Source of the DNA: an uncultured Bacilli bacterium
GTDB taxonomy: Bacteria; Bacillota_I; Bacilli_A; RF39; UBA660
DNA: 64,000 bases
Direction of reading: 5' to 3'
Assembly (NCBI GenBank): GCA_947589735.1
Contig: CANQCR010000004.1
Location: 35,925-99,924 of the forward strand
The notes under the pieces were generated by a model. It saw only the letters and a list, made by a program, of their open reading frames with translations. It did not search any database and was not told the origin of the DNA. The translations under genes were made by a program, and so were the position numbers. Below are positions 35,707 through 45,514 of the stretch, piece by piece (position 1 is the stretch's first letter; each line of letters starts with the position of its first letter).

Positions 35707-36315
35707 ATGAAGAAATTAGTTAGCTTATTAGCTATTTTTACACTAGTATTTGTTATAGTTGGATGTGATAAGCAATCATCTTCAAATGAAGATAAAAAGG
35801 AGGAGAGTGAATATATGACAGGTTTACATCATGTTACAATGGAAGTAGAAAAATATGGAACAATTGAACTAGAATTAGATGCTGATGTAGCGCCAATAAC
35901 GGTGACAAACTTTATTGATTTAGCTAAATCAGGATTTTATGATGGCTTGACATTCCATCGTGTTTATAAAGGATTTATGATTCAAGGTGGTGATCCTGAT
36001 GGTAATGGAACCGGGGGATCACCTAATAAAATAAAGGGTGAGTTTAAAGCTAATGGCGTTAATAATACCATTTCCCATAAACGAGGTGTTATTTCAATGG
36101 CAAGATCTAATCTTTATGATAGTGCTAGTAGCCAATTCTTTATTGTTCATCAAGATTCTGAGTTCTTAGATGGTGAATATGCTGCTTTTGGACACGTTAC
36201 AAGCGGTATGGAAGTTGTAGATAAAATATGTGATGAGACGATAACTTTAGCCGATGGTGAAACGGTTGCTCCGGAAAATCAACCTAAGATAACTAAAGTT
36301 ACAGTTATCGATTAG
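35707..36315 (+). CDS. cyclophilin-type peptidyl-prolyl isomerase, lipoprotein
   Basis: 202 aa. Lipobox FVIVGC after a signal peptide. Cyclophilin motifs FHRVYKGFMIQGGDP and SQFFIV are present. Confidence 0.9.
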   Translation: MKKLVSLLAIFTLVFVIVGCDKQSSSNEDKKEESEYMTGLHHVTMEVEKYGTIELELDADVAPITVTNFIDLAKSGFYDGLTFHRVYKGFMIQGGDPDGNGTGGSPNKIKGEFKANGVNNTISHKRGVISMARSNLYDSASSQFFIVHQDSEFLDGEYAAFGHVTSGMEVVDKICDETITLADGETVAPENQPKITKVTVID

Positions 36316-36323
36316 GAGGTTAT

Positions 36324-37337
36324 ATGAAAGTTCTTGTTACCGGTGGCTGTGGCTATATTGGTAGTCATACGTGTGTTATGTTACTAGAAGCTGGTTATGA
36401 TGTTATTATTGTTGATAATCTTTGTAATTCAAAGAGGGATGTTGTTGATAAAATTAAAGAAATAACTGGTAAGGATGTTATCTTTTATAAAGGTGATGTA
36501 TGTGATTATGCTTTAATTAATAAAATATTTTCCCATCATGATATTGTGGCTGTTCTACATTTTGCAGGTTTAAAAGCTGTTGGAGAATCTGTTTTAAAAC
36601 CACTACTTTATTATCGTAACAATATTGATTCAACCCTTAATCTATTAGAAGTAATGACGAAATATAATTGTAAAAATATCGTCTTTTCATCAAGTGCGAC
36701 TGTTTATGGTGCTCCCAAGACGTTGCCAATTAAGGAATCAGCTCCTTTAAGTACAACAAATCCTTATGGTTCAACCAAATTATATATCGAAGGTATATTA
36801 CGTGACGTTTATGAGGCAGATAAGAATTGGAATATTGCTATTTTACGTTATTTTAATCCAATTGGAGCACATAAAAGTGGTTTAATTGGTGAAAACCCTA
36901 ATGGTATACCTAATAATTTAATGCCATATATTATTAAGGTAGCAACAAAAGAATTAGAGGTTCTAAATATTTTTGGTGATGATTATGATACACCAGATGG
37001 AACCGGTGTTAGAGATTATATTCATATTATAGATTTAGCTAAAGGTCATATTAAGGCTTTGGATAAAGTATTAAGTGGTAGTGGAATTGTATGTTATAAT
37101 CTTGGAACGGGTCACGGTTATAGCGTTTTAGAATTAGTTAAAACATTTGAAAAGGTCAACAACGTTAAAGTAAACTACCGCATTGCCCCACGACGGGAAG
37201 GAGATATTGCAGCTTGTTATGCTGATCCAACTTATGCTTTTCAAGAATTAGGATGGAAAGCAGAACTAGGTATTGAAGATATGTGTCGTGATGCATATAA
37301 CTATGTTATGAAATGTAAAAGGAATACCTCAGATTAG
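36324..37337 (+). CDS. galE: UDP-glucose 4-epimerase
   Basis: 337 aa. VTGGCGYIGSH Rossmann motif, YGSTK (YxxxK), and a typical GalE C-terminal region (DYIHIIDLAKGH). Confidence 0.92.
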   Translation: MKVLVTGGCGYIGSHTCVMLLEAGYDVIIVDNLCNSKRDVVDKIKEITGKDVIFYKGDVCDYALINKIFSHHDIVAVLHFAGLKAVGESVLKPLLYYRNNIDSTLNLLEVMTKYNCKNIVFSSSATVYGAPKTLPIKESAPLSTTNPYGSTKLYIEGILRDVYEADKNWNIAILRYFNPIGAHKSGLIGENPNGIPNNLMPYIIKVATKELEVLNIFGDDYDTPDGTGVRDYIHIIDLAKGHIKALDKVLSGSGIVCYNLGTGHGYSVLELVKTFEKVNNVKVNYRIAPRREGDIAACYADPTYAFQELGWKAELGIEDMCRDAYNYVMKCKRNTSD

Positions 37338-37414
37338 GTATTCTTTTTCTTTGAAACATAATTTGCAAAAAAAGAAAATATGTGTTAATATACTCTCATT
37401 CAAGGGGGAATATT

Positions 37415-38092
37415 ATGAAAACAGTTGTTAGCCGTGATACTATATATGTTGGACATGTTGTTAAACCACTTCAATTTTTTAAAGCCTTACAAGATGGTAT
37501 TGATGGAGACGGATATAGTCTTAGAAGCGGTCAGTTAAGAGTTAATAAAAGTCATATTGTTAGAAGTATGCTATTTACAATTACGGAAGATGGTTTTGCT
37601 AATGATTTATTGTATAAGTCACCATTATACCCAATTTTAAATAAAGCATCAGTTAAGGATTGTCAAGCTAGCGATTTTGTCGTTGAGCATCCAGTTCGAA
37701 TAAGTGGTTTATTAAGTCGCAATAACATTGGTAAATTTCTAACTTTAAAAGATTTAAAGTTAATTCGTAAAAACATTTTTTCAGCCGGTTATCTTATTAA
37801 AAACAGCGAACGCTTTGGGATGCTTCAAGTTTTAGCGCCATCCGGCGTTGAAGATGAACCAGACTTTGATATTGAAGTTAAAGGCTTTACGCGTGAAGTT
37901 TTTCCACCCGTTAAATACTATTATGCAGCTGGAGCAACTTTTATCAGAACTGATGATGCTGATATACCACAACAATATTGGAAAGTATTATCAGATCATA
38001 TAACGGATGTACCAGGAATGCTTAAAACCGATTGCTTTACGCCATCTAATTATGATGAAGGTAAAATTGCTAAACGTCTTAAATTAAAATAA
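37415..38092 (+). CDS. hypothetical protein
   Basis: About 225 aa from ATG 37415 (AAGGGGGA RBS), behind TTGCAA-17-TGtTAATAT. No motif recognised. Confidence 0.65.
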   Translation: MKTVVSRDTIYVGHVVKPLQFFKALQDGIDGDGYSLRSGQLRVNKSHIVRSMLFTITEDGFANDLLYKSPLYPILNKASVKDCQASDFVVEHPVRISGLLSRNNIGKFLTLKDLKLIRKNIFSAGYLIKNSERFGMLQVLAPSGVEDEPDFDIEVKGFTREVFPPVKYYYAAGATFIRTDDADIPQQYWKVLSDHITDVPGMLKTDCFTPSNYDEGKIAKRLKLK

Positions 38093-38127
38093 AAAAGTAA
38101 TAACCCGTAAGTTATTACTTTTTTTTA
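38093..38127. terminator. bidirectional terminator between convergent genes
   Basis: AGTAATAAC-ccgtaa-GTTATTACT flanked by A6 and T8. The 3' arm overlaps the stop of the minus-strand gene. Confidence 0.7.
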
Positions 38128-39002
38128 ATTAAAGCGATGAAAAAGCCCTCAAAATATTCGTTTGGACATAGACAAATCGTATTGGGTATTTTGGTTGGCA
38201 ACATATTATTAATTCCATCGATTGAAATAGGCAATAATTCAATATCAAATTGCTTACTTACTTTTTCAATTATATCTTCATTTTCTTCTTTTAAAATGGA
38301 ACAAGTTGAATAGACCATCATTTGACCAGCTTTTAAAATCATTAGGGCTTTTCTTAAGAGATTATACTGTGTATCAGTAAGTTTTTTTAAACGTTCTTCA
38401 CTAAACATTTCCATATTTTGATTCATCTTGGATATTGTTCCGCTACCACTACAAGGAGCATCTAAAAGTATTTTATCAAAGCGAAATAGGTCATCTAAAG
38501 TTATGGCGTCAGTTTGCATAACAGTACAAGAAGTAACACCTTGTTTATTTAAATTATATTTTAAACGCTCAAAACGAATTTTATTTTTTTCAATGGCAGT
38601 TATGCGAGCTTTATTACTTGTCATAGCTGCTATTTGCGTCGTTTTAGATCCCGGTGCCGCTGCCATATCTAAAATGTGATCAGATGCTTTTGGATCTAGG
38701 GCGATAACAGGTAACATTGATGATAGACTTTGTAAGTAAATCAAACCATCCTGATAAATTGCTAGTTTTTTGATATCTTCTTCCGTTTTATTTAAAATGA
38801 CATAGGCTAGGGGATACCAACTAATTTTTTCTAAGATAAAACCTTCTTTATTTAAGGTATCAATAACCATTTTTTCATCTGTCTTTAGATTATTGATGCG
38901 AAAACTCATAAACCGGTTCGTTTGATATCCTTGAATAATTTTAGTTACTACGTCTTTGGAGTATTGATTATTTAATTTATCTAAAAGTATAGGGGATAAC
39001 AT
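38115..39002 (-). CDS. RsmB/RsmF (NOP2/Sun) family RNA m5C methyltransferase
   Basis: 295 aa. SAM motif DMAAAPGSKT and catalytic DAPCSGSGT and YSTCS motifs. Confidence 0.85.
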   Translation of the reverse strand: MLSPILLDKLNNQYSKDVVTKIIQGYQTNRFMSFRINNLKTDEKMVIDTLNKEGFILEKISWYPLAYVILNKTEEDIKKLAIYQDGLIYLQSLSSMLPVIALDPKASDHILDMAAAPGSKTTQIAAMTSNKARITAIEKNKIRFERLKYNLNKQGVTSCTVMQTDAITLDDLFRFDKILLDAPCSGSGTISKMNQNMEMFSEERLKKLTDTQYNLLRKALMILKAGQMMVYSTCSILKEENEDIIEKVSKQFDIELLPISIDGINNMLPTKIPNTICLCPNEYFEGFFIALIKKK

Positions 39003-39631
39003 TACTTCACCAACCTTATTTTATAATTATTTAATCCTAATTTTGCTGCAAACTCTTTTGTTCGTATATCTAGTTTAGGAAAATAATCCCAATTGGAAGG
39101 ATTACGTTCTTCTGTTACTTTATAAGTTAAAATAAAAGTATCATCTTTAATCTGGTATGATATATCTTCAATTATGGATATAAAAGGCATTTCATCTTTT
39201 TTCTTTTCACAATACTTTAAATCAACTCTTTCTTTAGTAACGTCACTTTTATCTGCAAAAAGAAGTATATGTTCAAAAAGACTTAAAGAATTAACATCTT
39301 TTTTTTCATGATGATGCAAAATAGCTTTAATGATTTTTTCTCGCCATTCATCACTTATTTTATTTTTAAGGTATTCATTAGCAAACTCTGCTCCAATCTG
39401 GCAATGCTTACCTTTTCCCTTTACCATTCCGCTATCATGAAGTAAGGCTGCTATTTTGAGATAATTTAAAGATTCATTATCGAGATTTACTAAAGCCGCT
39501 AGAAGTTTAACGTTTCTAACGACGCCAAGGGCATGATTTAAGCCGTGACTGATAGGGGATAAATGATTAGCATCTATCGCTTTTAAATACTTAATAAGTT
39601 TTTCATCTTTTAAAATGTCTTCGTAGCGCAT
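39002..39631 (-). CDS. HD-domain phosphohydrolase
   Basis: 209 aa with H...HD signature (HGLNHALGV; ALLHDSG) and downstream HHHE. The stop overlaps the start of the rsm gene. Confidence 0.75.
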   Translation of the reverse strand: MRYEDILKDEKLIKYLKAIDANHLSPISHGLNHALGVVRNVKLLAALVNLDNESLNYLKIAALLHDSGMVKGKGKHCQIGAEFANEYLKNKISDEWREKIIKAILHHHEKKDVNSLSLFEHILLFADKSDVTKERVDLKYCEKKKDEMPFISIIEDISYQIKDDTFILTYKVTEERNPSNWDYFPKLDIRTKEFAAKLGLNNYKIRLVK

Positions 39632-39744
39632 TTTATCAACCTCTTTATCATTATAACATATATTTGGTATAAAAACCGTTTTCCAAATTAATTAAAAGTA
39701 GAACTATAAAAGAGATTGTGTTATAATGAAAATGTAGGTGAGTT

Positions 39745-40203
39745 ATGAAAAAAATTATATATTGTTTGTGTTTAACTTTATGTATCCTTTCTTTAACCGG
39801 TTGTGGAAATAAGAAAGCTTTAACGGTTGATGAAGTTAAAAAAATTGTTAAAAAAGATGGTTATAGTGTCAATAATAATAAAAGCCAATATGAAGATTAT
39901 GATGATATTAAAGAGGCTTTAGTTATTTTTAATTCAGATGGTATTCAGCTTGAGTTCTATGTTTTAGATAGTAAGAGTGACGCTTATGATATGTTTAAGG
40001 ACAATCGAGACACTATTTCCGAAGAGAAAGCCGTTGGCTTTAAAGAAAATAGTTCGAAAGGATTGAATTATCATCAATATACTCTTACCAATAATGGAAC
40101 TTATAGCTATATCAGTCAAATTGGTAAAACCCTTTTACTAGCTACGGTTAGTGAAGAAGATGAAGCTTATATTATGAACATAACTAATAAACTTGGATAT
40201 TAA
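39745..40203 (+). CDS. lipoprotein, function unknown
   Basis: 152 aa. Signal peptide with lipobox LSLTGC. AGGTGA RBS. Confidence 0.75.
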   Translation: MKKIIYCLCLTLCILSLTGCGNKKALTVDEVKKIVKKDGYSVNNNKSQYEDYDDIKEALVIFNSDGIQLEFYVLDSKSDAYDMFKDNRDTISEEKAVGFKENSSKGLNYHQYTLTNNGTYSYISQIGKTLLLATVSEEDEAYIMNITNKLGY

Positions 40204-40236
40204 AAAAGCATCAAATTATGATGCTTTTTGTTTTTT
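40202..40236. terminator. bidirectional terminator between convergent genes
   Basis: AGCATCA-aatta-TGATGCT flanked by A6 and T-runs. It overlaps the tagD stop codon. Confidence 0.65.
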
Positions 40237-40674
40237 ATCATCCTTAGAAGTTGGAATTTGATCGACGCCATTAATAGGTGCCTGTAATTTTAAATCACTT
40301 TTGATTTTACTAGTTGATATACCATCGGTTCTGTCAAGGTAAACCATCTCACAATAATCATCTAGATAATTAAACTTATCGCTACCGGCCCAATCACTAC
40401 CCATAACTACGACATCGACTTGATATTTTTCGATATCATTAATTTTTTGTTCCCAGTTTTCTTCAGGAATAACAAGATCAACATAACGAATAGCTTCAAG
40501 CATTTCTTTTCTTGTCTCATAGTTATGATATGTTTTTTTACCTTTAATTTCATTAAACTCTTCTGTTGATAGAGCGACAATTAGGTAGTCACCTAAAGCT
40601 TTAGCTCTTTTTAATAGTCTGATATGACCATAGTGTAATAAATCAAATGTTCCATATGTTAATACTCTTTTCAT
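40216..40674 (-). CDS. tagD: glycerol-3-phosphate cytidylyltransferase
   Basis: 152 aa. The N terminus MKRVLTYGTFDLLHYGHIRLLKRAKALGDYLIVALSTEEFN is close to Bacillus TagD (HxGH motif). It carries a short Lys-rich C-terminal extension. Confidence 0.92.
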   Translation of the reverse strand: MKRVLTYGTFDLLHYGHIRLLKRAKALGDYLIVALSTEEFNEIKGKKTYHNYETRKEMLEAIRYVDLVIPEENWEQKINDIEKYQVDVVVMGSDWAGSDKFNYLDDYCEMVYLDRTDGISTSKIKSDLKLQAPINGVDQIPTSKDDKKQKAS

Positions 40675-40692
40675 TTTTTTAATTCCTTTCTT

Positions 40693-41952
40693 TTACTTAA
40701 TTATTATATCTAGTACTCTTTTACTAGCATTTGCGTCATCTAAATAATTAAATTTTTTGTTAAATTTTTCATATTTTTCTTTATATTTATCATTATACTT
40801 ATCGATATTAGAAATTTCTTTATATAACTCTTCTTCCGTTTTTACTATTGGCCCTGGAAGCTCATCTAAATCTATATAAAAATCTCTCATATTGTTTTTA
40901 TATTCATCAAAATCATACATATAATATAATATTGGTTTCTTAAGATTAGCATAATCGAAGAATACACTTGAATAATCAGTAAGTAATATATCAGCCAAGA
41001 TATATAAATCATTAATATCATCATAACTAGATACATCAATAATAAAACCTTTATATTTAGATAAGTCGATGGAAGATGCAACAAAATAGTGAGTTCTAAA
41101 TAATATGATATACTCCTTATCAAAACGTTTTTGAAACTCATCAAAGTTAATACCTAACTCATATGTATAACCAACGCCTGCTTTATATTGATTATCTCTC
41201 CAAGTTGGTGCATATAATATAATTTTTTTATCTTTAGGTATATTTAATTTCTTTTTTAAATCAGATACATATTTTTGATTATATTTGAATAATGCATCAT
41301 TTCTAGGATAACCTACTTCAATTATGCAATTTTCTTTTCCTATTTCTTTTAAGTTAAATGCACTGGTAAATTTTTCTGTACAAAATTTTGATGGGGATAA
41401 CATATATGAATATCTACTAGCATCATATTCATAAGTTTGTTTCAATTCTTTAACACTTCTTATTGCATTTTCACCTTTAACTTTAATATCAAATCCTAAT
41501 CTTTTAAGAGGTGTTCCATGCCAACATTGAGTATATACTTGATTATTTTTAGGTTTAATATAATCTGGAAGTCTAGATGGAGTGAACCAGTACTTAGCAG
41601 ATGCATAAGTTTGCTTATATTCTTTTGAATTATATTTTACAACTTTAGTTCTATCATTTTTTTCTAAATATTCAAATTCTTCTGGATTTTTAAATGCCCA
41701 TACAAAATGATAATCTTTATATTTTTTATCATTTAACATTTCTAAATATAAAGCTTTGGGACTATCGCAATATTTTCTACCATTAAATGCTTCAAAAACA
41801 CATAATTTATCATCAACTTCATATTTATGATAAAAGCGCATGTATTCCTTTTGATTCTTTTTTAGACTATATTTAAAAAGAATAGGTCGTAACCGTGGAT
41901 TTTCCTTGATTATTCCTTTAAGTGTTGTCTTTGCTTTTTTAAGCAAATTCAT
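40693..41952 (-). CDS. CDP-glycerol glycerophosphotransferase (TagB/TagF family)
   Basis: 419 aa. Family motifs WHGTPLKRLGFD, ILYAPTWRD and LLTDYSSVFFDY are present. Confidence 0.85.
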   Translation of the reverse strand: MNLLKKAKTTLKGIIKENPRLRPILFKYSLKKNQKEYMRFYHKYEVDDKLCVFEAFNGRKYCDSPKALYLEMLNDKKYKDYHFVWAFKNPEEFEYLEKNDRTKVVKYNSKEYKQTYASAKYWFTPSRLPDYIKPKNNQVYTQCWHGTPLKRLGFDIKVKGENAIRSVKELKQTYEYDASRYSYMLSPSKFCTEKFTSAFNLKEIGKENCIIEVGYPRNDALFKYNQKYVSDLKKKLNIPKDKKIILYAPTWRDNQYKAGVGYTYELGINFDEFQKRFDKEYIILFRTHYFVASSIDLSKYKGFIIDVSSYDDINDLYILADILLTDYSSVFFDYANLKKPILYYMYDFDEYKNNMRDFYIDLDELPGPIVKTEEELYKEISNIDKYNDKYKEKYEKFNKKFNYLDDANASKRVLDIIIK

Positions 41953-42077
41953 CTAATCATCTTCTTTCTATTACATGAATAACTAATTATATTTTAACAT
42001 ATTAACCAGTAATAAATCAAAAATATCTAATATTACTTAACAATAAATTGTAAATTAATAGTCATTATTTTTTTGAG

Positions 42078-42103
42078 AAAAAAAAAACTAACTAAAAAGT
42101 TAG
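42078..42103 (-). terminator. weak terminator downstream of the tRNA pair
   Basis: On the minus strand: CTAACT-tttt-AGTTAG followed by T10. The stem is only 6 bp and AT-rich. Confidence 0.45.
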
Positions 42104-42117
42104 CTTTTATAATCAAA

Positions 42118-42203
42118 TGGTGCGAGTGAAGGGACTTGAACCCCCATGCCGTAAGGCGCTAGATCCTAAGTCTAGTGCGTCTGCCAATTTCGCCACACTC
42201 GCA
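42118..42203 (-). tRNA. tRNA-Leu (anticodon TAG)
   Basis: 86 nt cloverleaf folded by hand. 7-bp acceptor TGCGAGT/ACTCGCA. Anticodon arm CTAGA-ctTAGga-TCTAG. Long variable arm, T arm GGGGG/CCCTT region, and an encoded CCA. Confidence 0.9.
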
Positions 42204-42206
42204 AGT

Positions 42207-42283
42207 TGGTGGATCTTGTAGGACTCGAACCTACGACCGCCCGGTTATGAGCCGGATGCTCTAACCGACTGAGCTAAAGATCC
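42207..42283 (-). tRNA. tRNA with CAT anticodon (elongator Met or lysidine-type Ile2)
   Basis: 77 nt. Acceptor GGATCTT/AAGATCC, D arm GCTC/GAGC, anticodon loop CTCATAA, T arm GTAGG-ttcgagt-CCTAC, encoded CCA. G1:C72 argues against an initiator. I cannot separate Met from Ile2 by eye. Confidence 0.88.
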
Positions 42284-42294
42284 GTAGCTACTTA

Positions 42295-42323
42295 AGTGTA
42301 ACATAATTGCGCTTTTAATGCAA
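42295..42323 (-). promoter_or_regulatory. sigma-A type promoter for the tRNA pair
   Basis: Minus strand: TTGCAT (42323-42318), 17-nt spacer, TACACT (42300-42295). The -10 lies about 11 nt upstream of the tRNA 5' end. Confidence 0.55.
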
Positions 42324-42367
42324 GAGGTAATTATTAAAATCATTAAAAAAATAGTAAATATATGAAT

Positions 42368-42423
42368 TTGACATTTATATAAAAAAGTGTTAATATAGGG
42401 CACAACTTGTGAAAAGAGGGGGA
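42368..42423 (+). promoter_or_regulatory. promoter plus leader/RBS cassette, copy B (duplicate of 33558-33613)
   Basis: TTGACA (42368-42373), 17-nt spacer, TGt-TAATAT (42391-42396). Palindrome CACAACTTGTG at 42401-42411. RBS AAGAGGGGGA precedes ATG 42430. Confidence 0.75.
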
Positions 42424-42429
42424 AAATAT

Positions 42430-44022
42430 ATGAAATTTTTACAATGGAATACTAAGAAAATTAAGGAAACATTTAAAAGGGGAATTGCTACACTTACTTT
42501 AGGGGCATCATTAGTTAGCCCATTTGCATTATCAGGATGTACAAAGCGTGAACAAGCTAGTAATGTTCAAGAACAACCTGCGGTTGTCGATGTTGATAAT
42601 TCAACACCAACAAGCGATGTTACATTTGAATATGTACCATACGCTACACCAGCACCTGCAACTTATGATGCTGCTAGTTGGGATGCATTCGTTAACAATG
42701 CTTGGGCAGGTATCCAAGGAAAAATTAACAATGTTGACTTTGATACTTTCCGTGCTGCTATGATTATCTTTAACATTGATATGTTAGATACTAATAATGC
42801 TCAAATCCTTATTGACTACTATAGTCAAGGAATGGACACGGAAAATGAGTTAAGTAAAGCTTATAGTGTATTATCACAAATGCGTGAATATAATACTACT
42901 GCTGATGATACATATAATGTAAGTAACTTATTAGTTTCTGAAAAAGATAAAGCTATTATCAATGTTTTAGAGGATGATTTAAGAATTGTTAAGTCTAGCG
43001 ATACTGATGTTGCTCGTATTGAACAAATTTTTGAAACAGTTAAAAACTTCTCATTAGGTACTGGTAAATTAGCTGTTGTTATTGGTGGTCAAATTGTTGA
43101 AGTACCTCAAACCGAATTATCAAAAGGCGGAATTATGCTTTCTGAAAATATTATGCAAGCTATTTCTGTTGAATGCCAAAACATTATTGCTGAAGAACGT
43201 CGTTCTGAATTAGATAATAGCCTAAATGCTGCTGATGCTTTAGCTGGTATTCAAGAAATTATGATTAGAAATAATGCTATTTCTTCTGTAGTTAATCAAC
43301 AAACATCAGAAGAAGCTCAACAAGATATTATTGATCAAGTTAACTTTATGTTAAATGCTATCAATACTGAAGTATCTCCAATGGGTGTTACTGCTGATGA
43401 AGTAAAAGCATTATTTATGGTTGCTAATGCTAATTATTTTGAAAGTACTGCTGATACACAAGCTGCTTTCAAAGCTATATATGGCGATGTTATCGATTTC
43501 CCAACAATGTTCTACAATGCTGAAGGCGCTGTTGAAAAATTAGAAATGTATAATATATCAGCTTCTACTTTATATGATTATGGTCATTTCTTTATTGAAT
43601 CATCTAATGACATTGTATCTATTAAAGGTTTAGTTGAAACAGTTCATCAATTATATTCACCAGATCGTGCTGTTGTTGATAATGCTGTTCGTGAACTTAA
43701 AGGTTATACTCAATATAATCCTTTAGCAACTATTAATTATCAAACAGTTGATGAATATGGTAATGTTAGTGAGTTTAAATCATTAGATAAGAATGCATTA
43801 ACATTAGGTGGTACGCAAGTAGCTGATTGGATTACTTATTATGCTTTCACTAATGCAAGAGGAATAATTAATAATGATCAATTAACTAATGATATGTTAT
43901 CTTTAGTAAATGGTACAAGCTTTGGTTTTATTCCATATGATGATATTGTCTTAATGTATACAGGATTCTGTGCTGCTAATAATGAGGCTTCTTTCCAATA
44001 TACAATTGGTGAATGCTACTAG
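42430..44022 (+). CDS. lipoprotein, function unknown
   Basis: Track ORF 42409-44022 starts at a GTG inside the leader. ATG 42430 matches the RBS spacing of copy A. Signal peptide with lipobox LSGC (TLGASLVSPFALSGCTK). About 530 aa, Ala/Asn/Gln-rich, no motif recognised. Confidence 0.8.
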   Translation: MKFLQWNTKKIKETFKRGIATLTLGASLVSPFALSGCTKREQASNVQEQPAVVDVDNSTPTSDVTFEYVPYATPAPATYDAASWDAFVNNAWAGIQGKINNVDFDTFRAAMIIFNIDMLDTNNAQILIDYYSQGMDTENELSKAYSVLSQMREYNTTADDTYNVSNLLVSEKDKAIINVLEDDLRIVKSSDTDVARIEQIFETVKNFSLGTGKLAVVIGGQIVEVPQTELSKGGIMLSENIMQAISVECQNIIAEERRSELDNSLNAADALAGIQEIMIRNNAISSVVNQQTSEEAQQDIIDQVNFMLNAINTEVSPMGVTADEVKALFMVANANYFESTADTQAAFKAIYGDVIDFPTMFYNAEGAVEKLEMYNISASTLYDYGHFFIESSNDIVSIKGLVETVHQLYSPDRAVVDNAVRELKGYTQYNPLATINYQTVDEYGNVSEFKSLDKNALTLGGTQVADWITYYAFTNARGIINNDQLTNDMLSLVNGTSFGFIPYDDIVLMYTGFCAANNEASFQYTIGECY

Positions 44023-44049
44023 AATTAAATAAATAAAAGGGGGAAAAGA

Positions 44050-44078
44050 AAAAAATGCTAATTTAAGCATTTTTTTTC
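44050..44078 (+). terminator. rho-independent terminator
   Basis: AAAAAATGCT-aattta-AGCATTTTTTTT. Confidence 0.7.
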
Positions 44079-44125
44079 TTATTGAATATATTATTATGGT
44101 ATAATTTATAATGAGGAGTGATATT

Positions 44126-45514
44126 GTGAGGATATTTAATACACTTACACATCGGGTTGAAGATTTTAAACCCTATAATGATAATGAGGTTACAATGTAT
44201 ACTTGTGGCCCAACTGTTTATCATTTTGCCCATATTGGGAATTTGAGAACTTACATTTTTGAGGATGTTTTTGAAAAAACCTTAAGAATGTTAGGGTATA
44301 ATGTCAAACGATGTATGAATATCACTGATGTAGGACACTTGAGTAGTGATTCTGATTCCGGCGAAGATAAGATGTTAAAAGGCGCTAAAAGAGAACATAA
44401 GAGCGTTTTAGAAATAGCTGATTACTATACTGATGCTTTTATGAAAGATTGTGCAGAATTAAACATTAAATGGCCTGAAATTGTCTCTAAAGCGACGGAT
44501 AATATTCCGGAATATATTAAAATAATTACGAAATTATTAGATGAAGGATACGCCTATATTGCTGGTGGTAATGTCTATTTTGATACGTCAAAATTAAAAG
44601 ATTATTATGTTTTAACCAATCATAAAGAAGATGCAATGGTTGTTGGCGTTAGAGAAGGCGTCGAAGCTGATGATAATAAACGGAATCAAGCTGACTTTGT
44701 TTTATGGTTTACGAAATCGAAATTTGAAGATCAAGAGCTAAAATGGGATAGCCCTTGGGGATATGGTTACCCAGGTTGGCATATTGAATGCTCTGGCATT
44801 TCAATGAAATATTTGGGAGAACACCTTGATATTCACTGTGGTGGCGTCGATAATATTTTCCCCCATCATACCAATGAAATAGCGCAATCAGAATCTTATT
44901 TGGGACATAAATGGTGTAACTATTGGGTTCATGGAGAACACTTACATGATGAAAATGGTAAAATGGCTAAGAGTAAGGGCGAGTTTTTAACGATATCTTT
45001 ATTAAAAGAAAAAGGATATAATCCTTTGGTATACCGTTTTATGTGCTTAAACTCTCACTACCGAAAATTACTTGTCTTTTCATATGATGCCCTAGATAAT
45101 ATGACACAAGCTTATAATAAGTTAAAAAATAGGATTAGAGCTTTAACAGATGAAGAAGATAGTACCAATACTAGTTCCTATTTAGAAGACTTTAAAAATG
45201 CTTTAGCAGATGATCTTAATACCTCATTAGCGATGACTATTTTATATGATGTTTTAAAAAGTGACTTATCAAATGGTCAAAAACGTTATCTTGTTCATCA
45301 ATTTGATATGGTTTTATCACTTAATCTATTAGATGAAGATGCAAGCGTTATTGATAATGACCTTGAAGAATATATAAAGGATGCTATTACAAGAAGAAAT
45401 GAAGCTAAAAAGAATAAAGATTATGCTTTAGCTGATCAGATTCGCACTGAACTTCTTGAAAAAGGCGTAACGTTAATTGATACCCGTGAGGGAACAAAAT
45501 ATGAGGTTAACTAA
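44126..45514 (+). CDS. cysS: cysteine--tRNA ligase
   Basis: HIGH motif CGPTVYHFAHIGN, KMSKS variant KMAKSKG, Zn-ligand context WHIECS. GTG 44126 (AGGAG RBS) is preferred over ATG 44111. Confidence 0.94.
   Translation: MRIFNTLTHRVEDFKPYNDNEVTMYTCGPTVYHFAHIGNLRTYIFEDVFEKTLRMLGYNVKRCMNITDVGHLSSDSDSGEDKMLKGAKREHKSVLEIADYYTDAFMKDCAELNIKWPEIVSKATDNIPEYIKIITKLLDEGYAYIAGGNVYFDTSKLKDYYVLTNHKEDAMVVGVREGVEADDNKRNQADFVLWFTKSKFEDQELKWDSPWGYGYPGWHIECSGISMKYLGEHLDIHCGGVDNIFPHHTNEIAQSESYLGHKWCNYWVHGEHLHDENGKMAKSKGEFLTISLLKEKGYNPLVYRFMCLNSHYRKLLVFSYDALDNMTQAYNKLKNRIRALTDEEDSTNTSSYLEDFKNALADDLNTSLAMTILYDVLKSDLSNGQKRYLVHQFDMVLSLNLLDEDASVIDNDLEEYIKDAITRRNEAKKNKDYALADQIRTELLEKGVTLIDTREGTKYEVN

Noticed and set aside
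37369-37391. Third copy of the duplicated cassette upstream of the 37415 ORF (shares TGTGTTAATATA)
   Set aside because: The identity is limited to the extended -10 element. The palindrome and leader are absent, so it is just a similar strong promoter.
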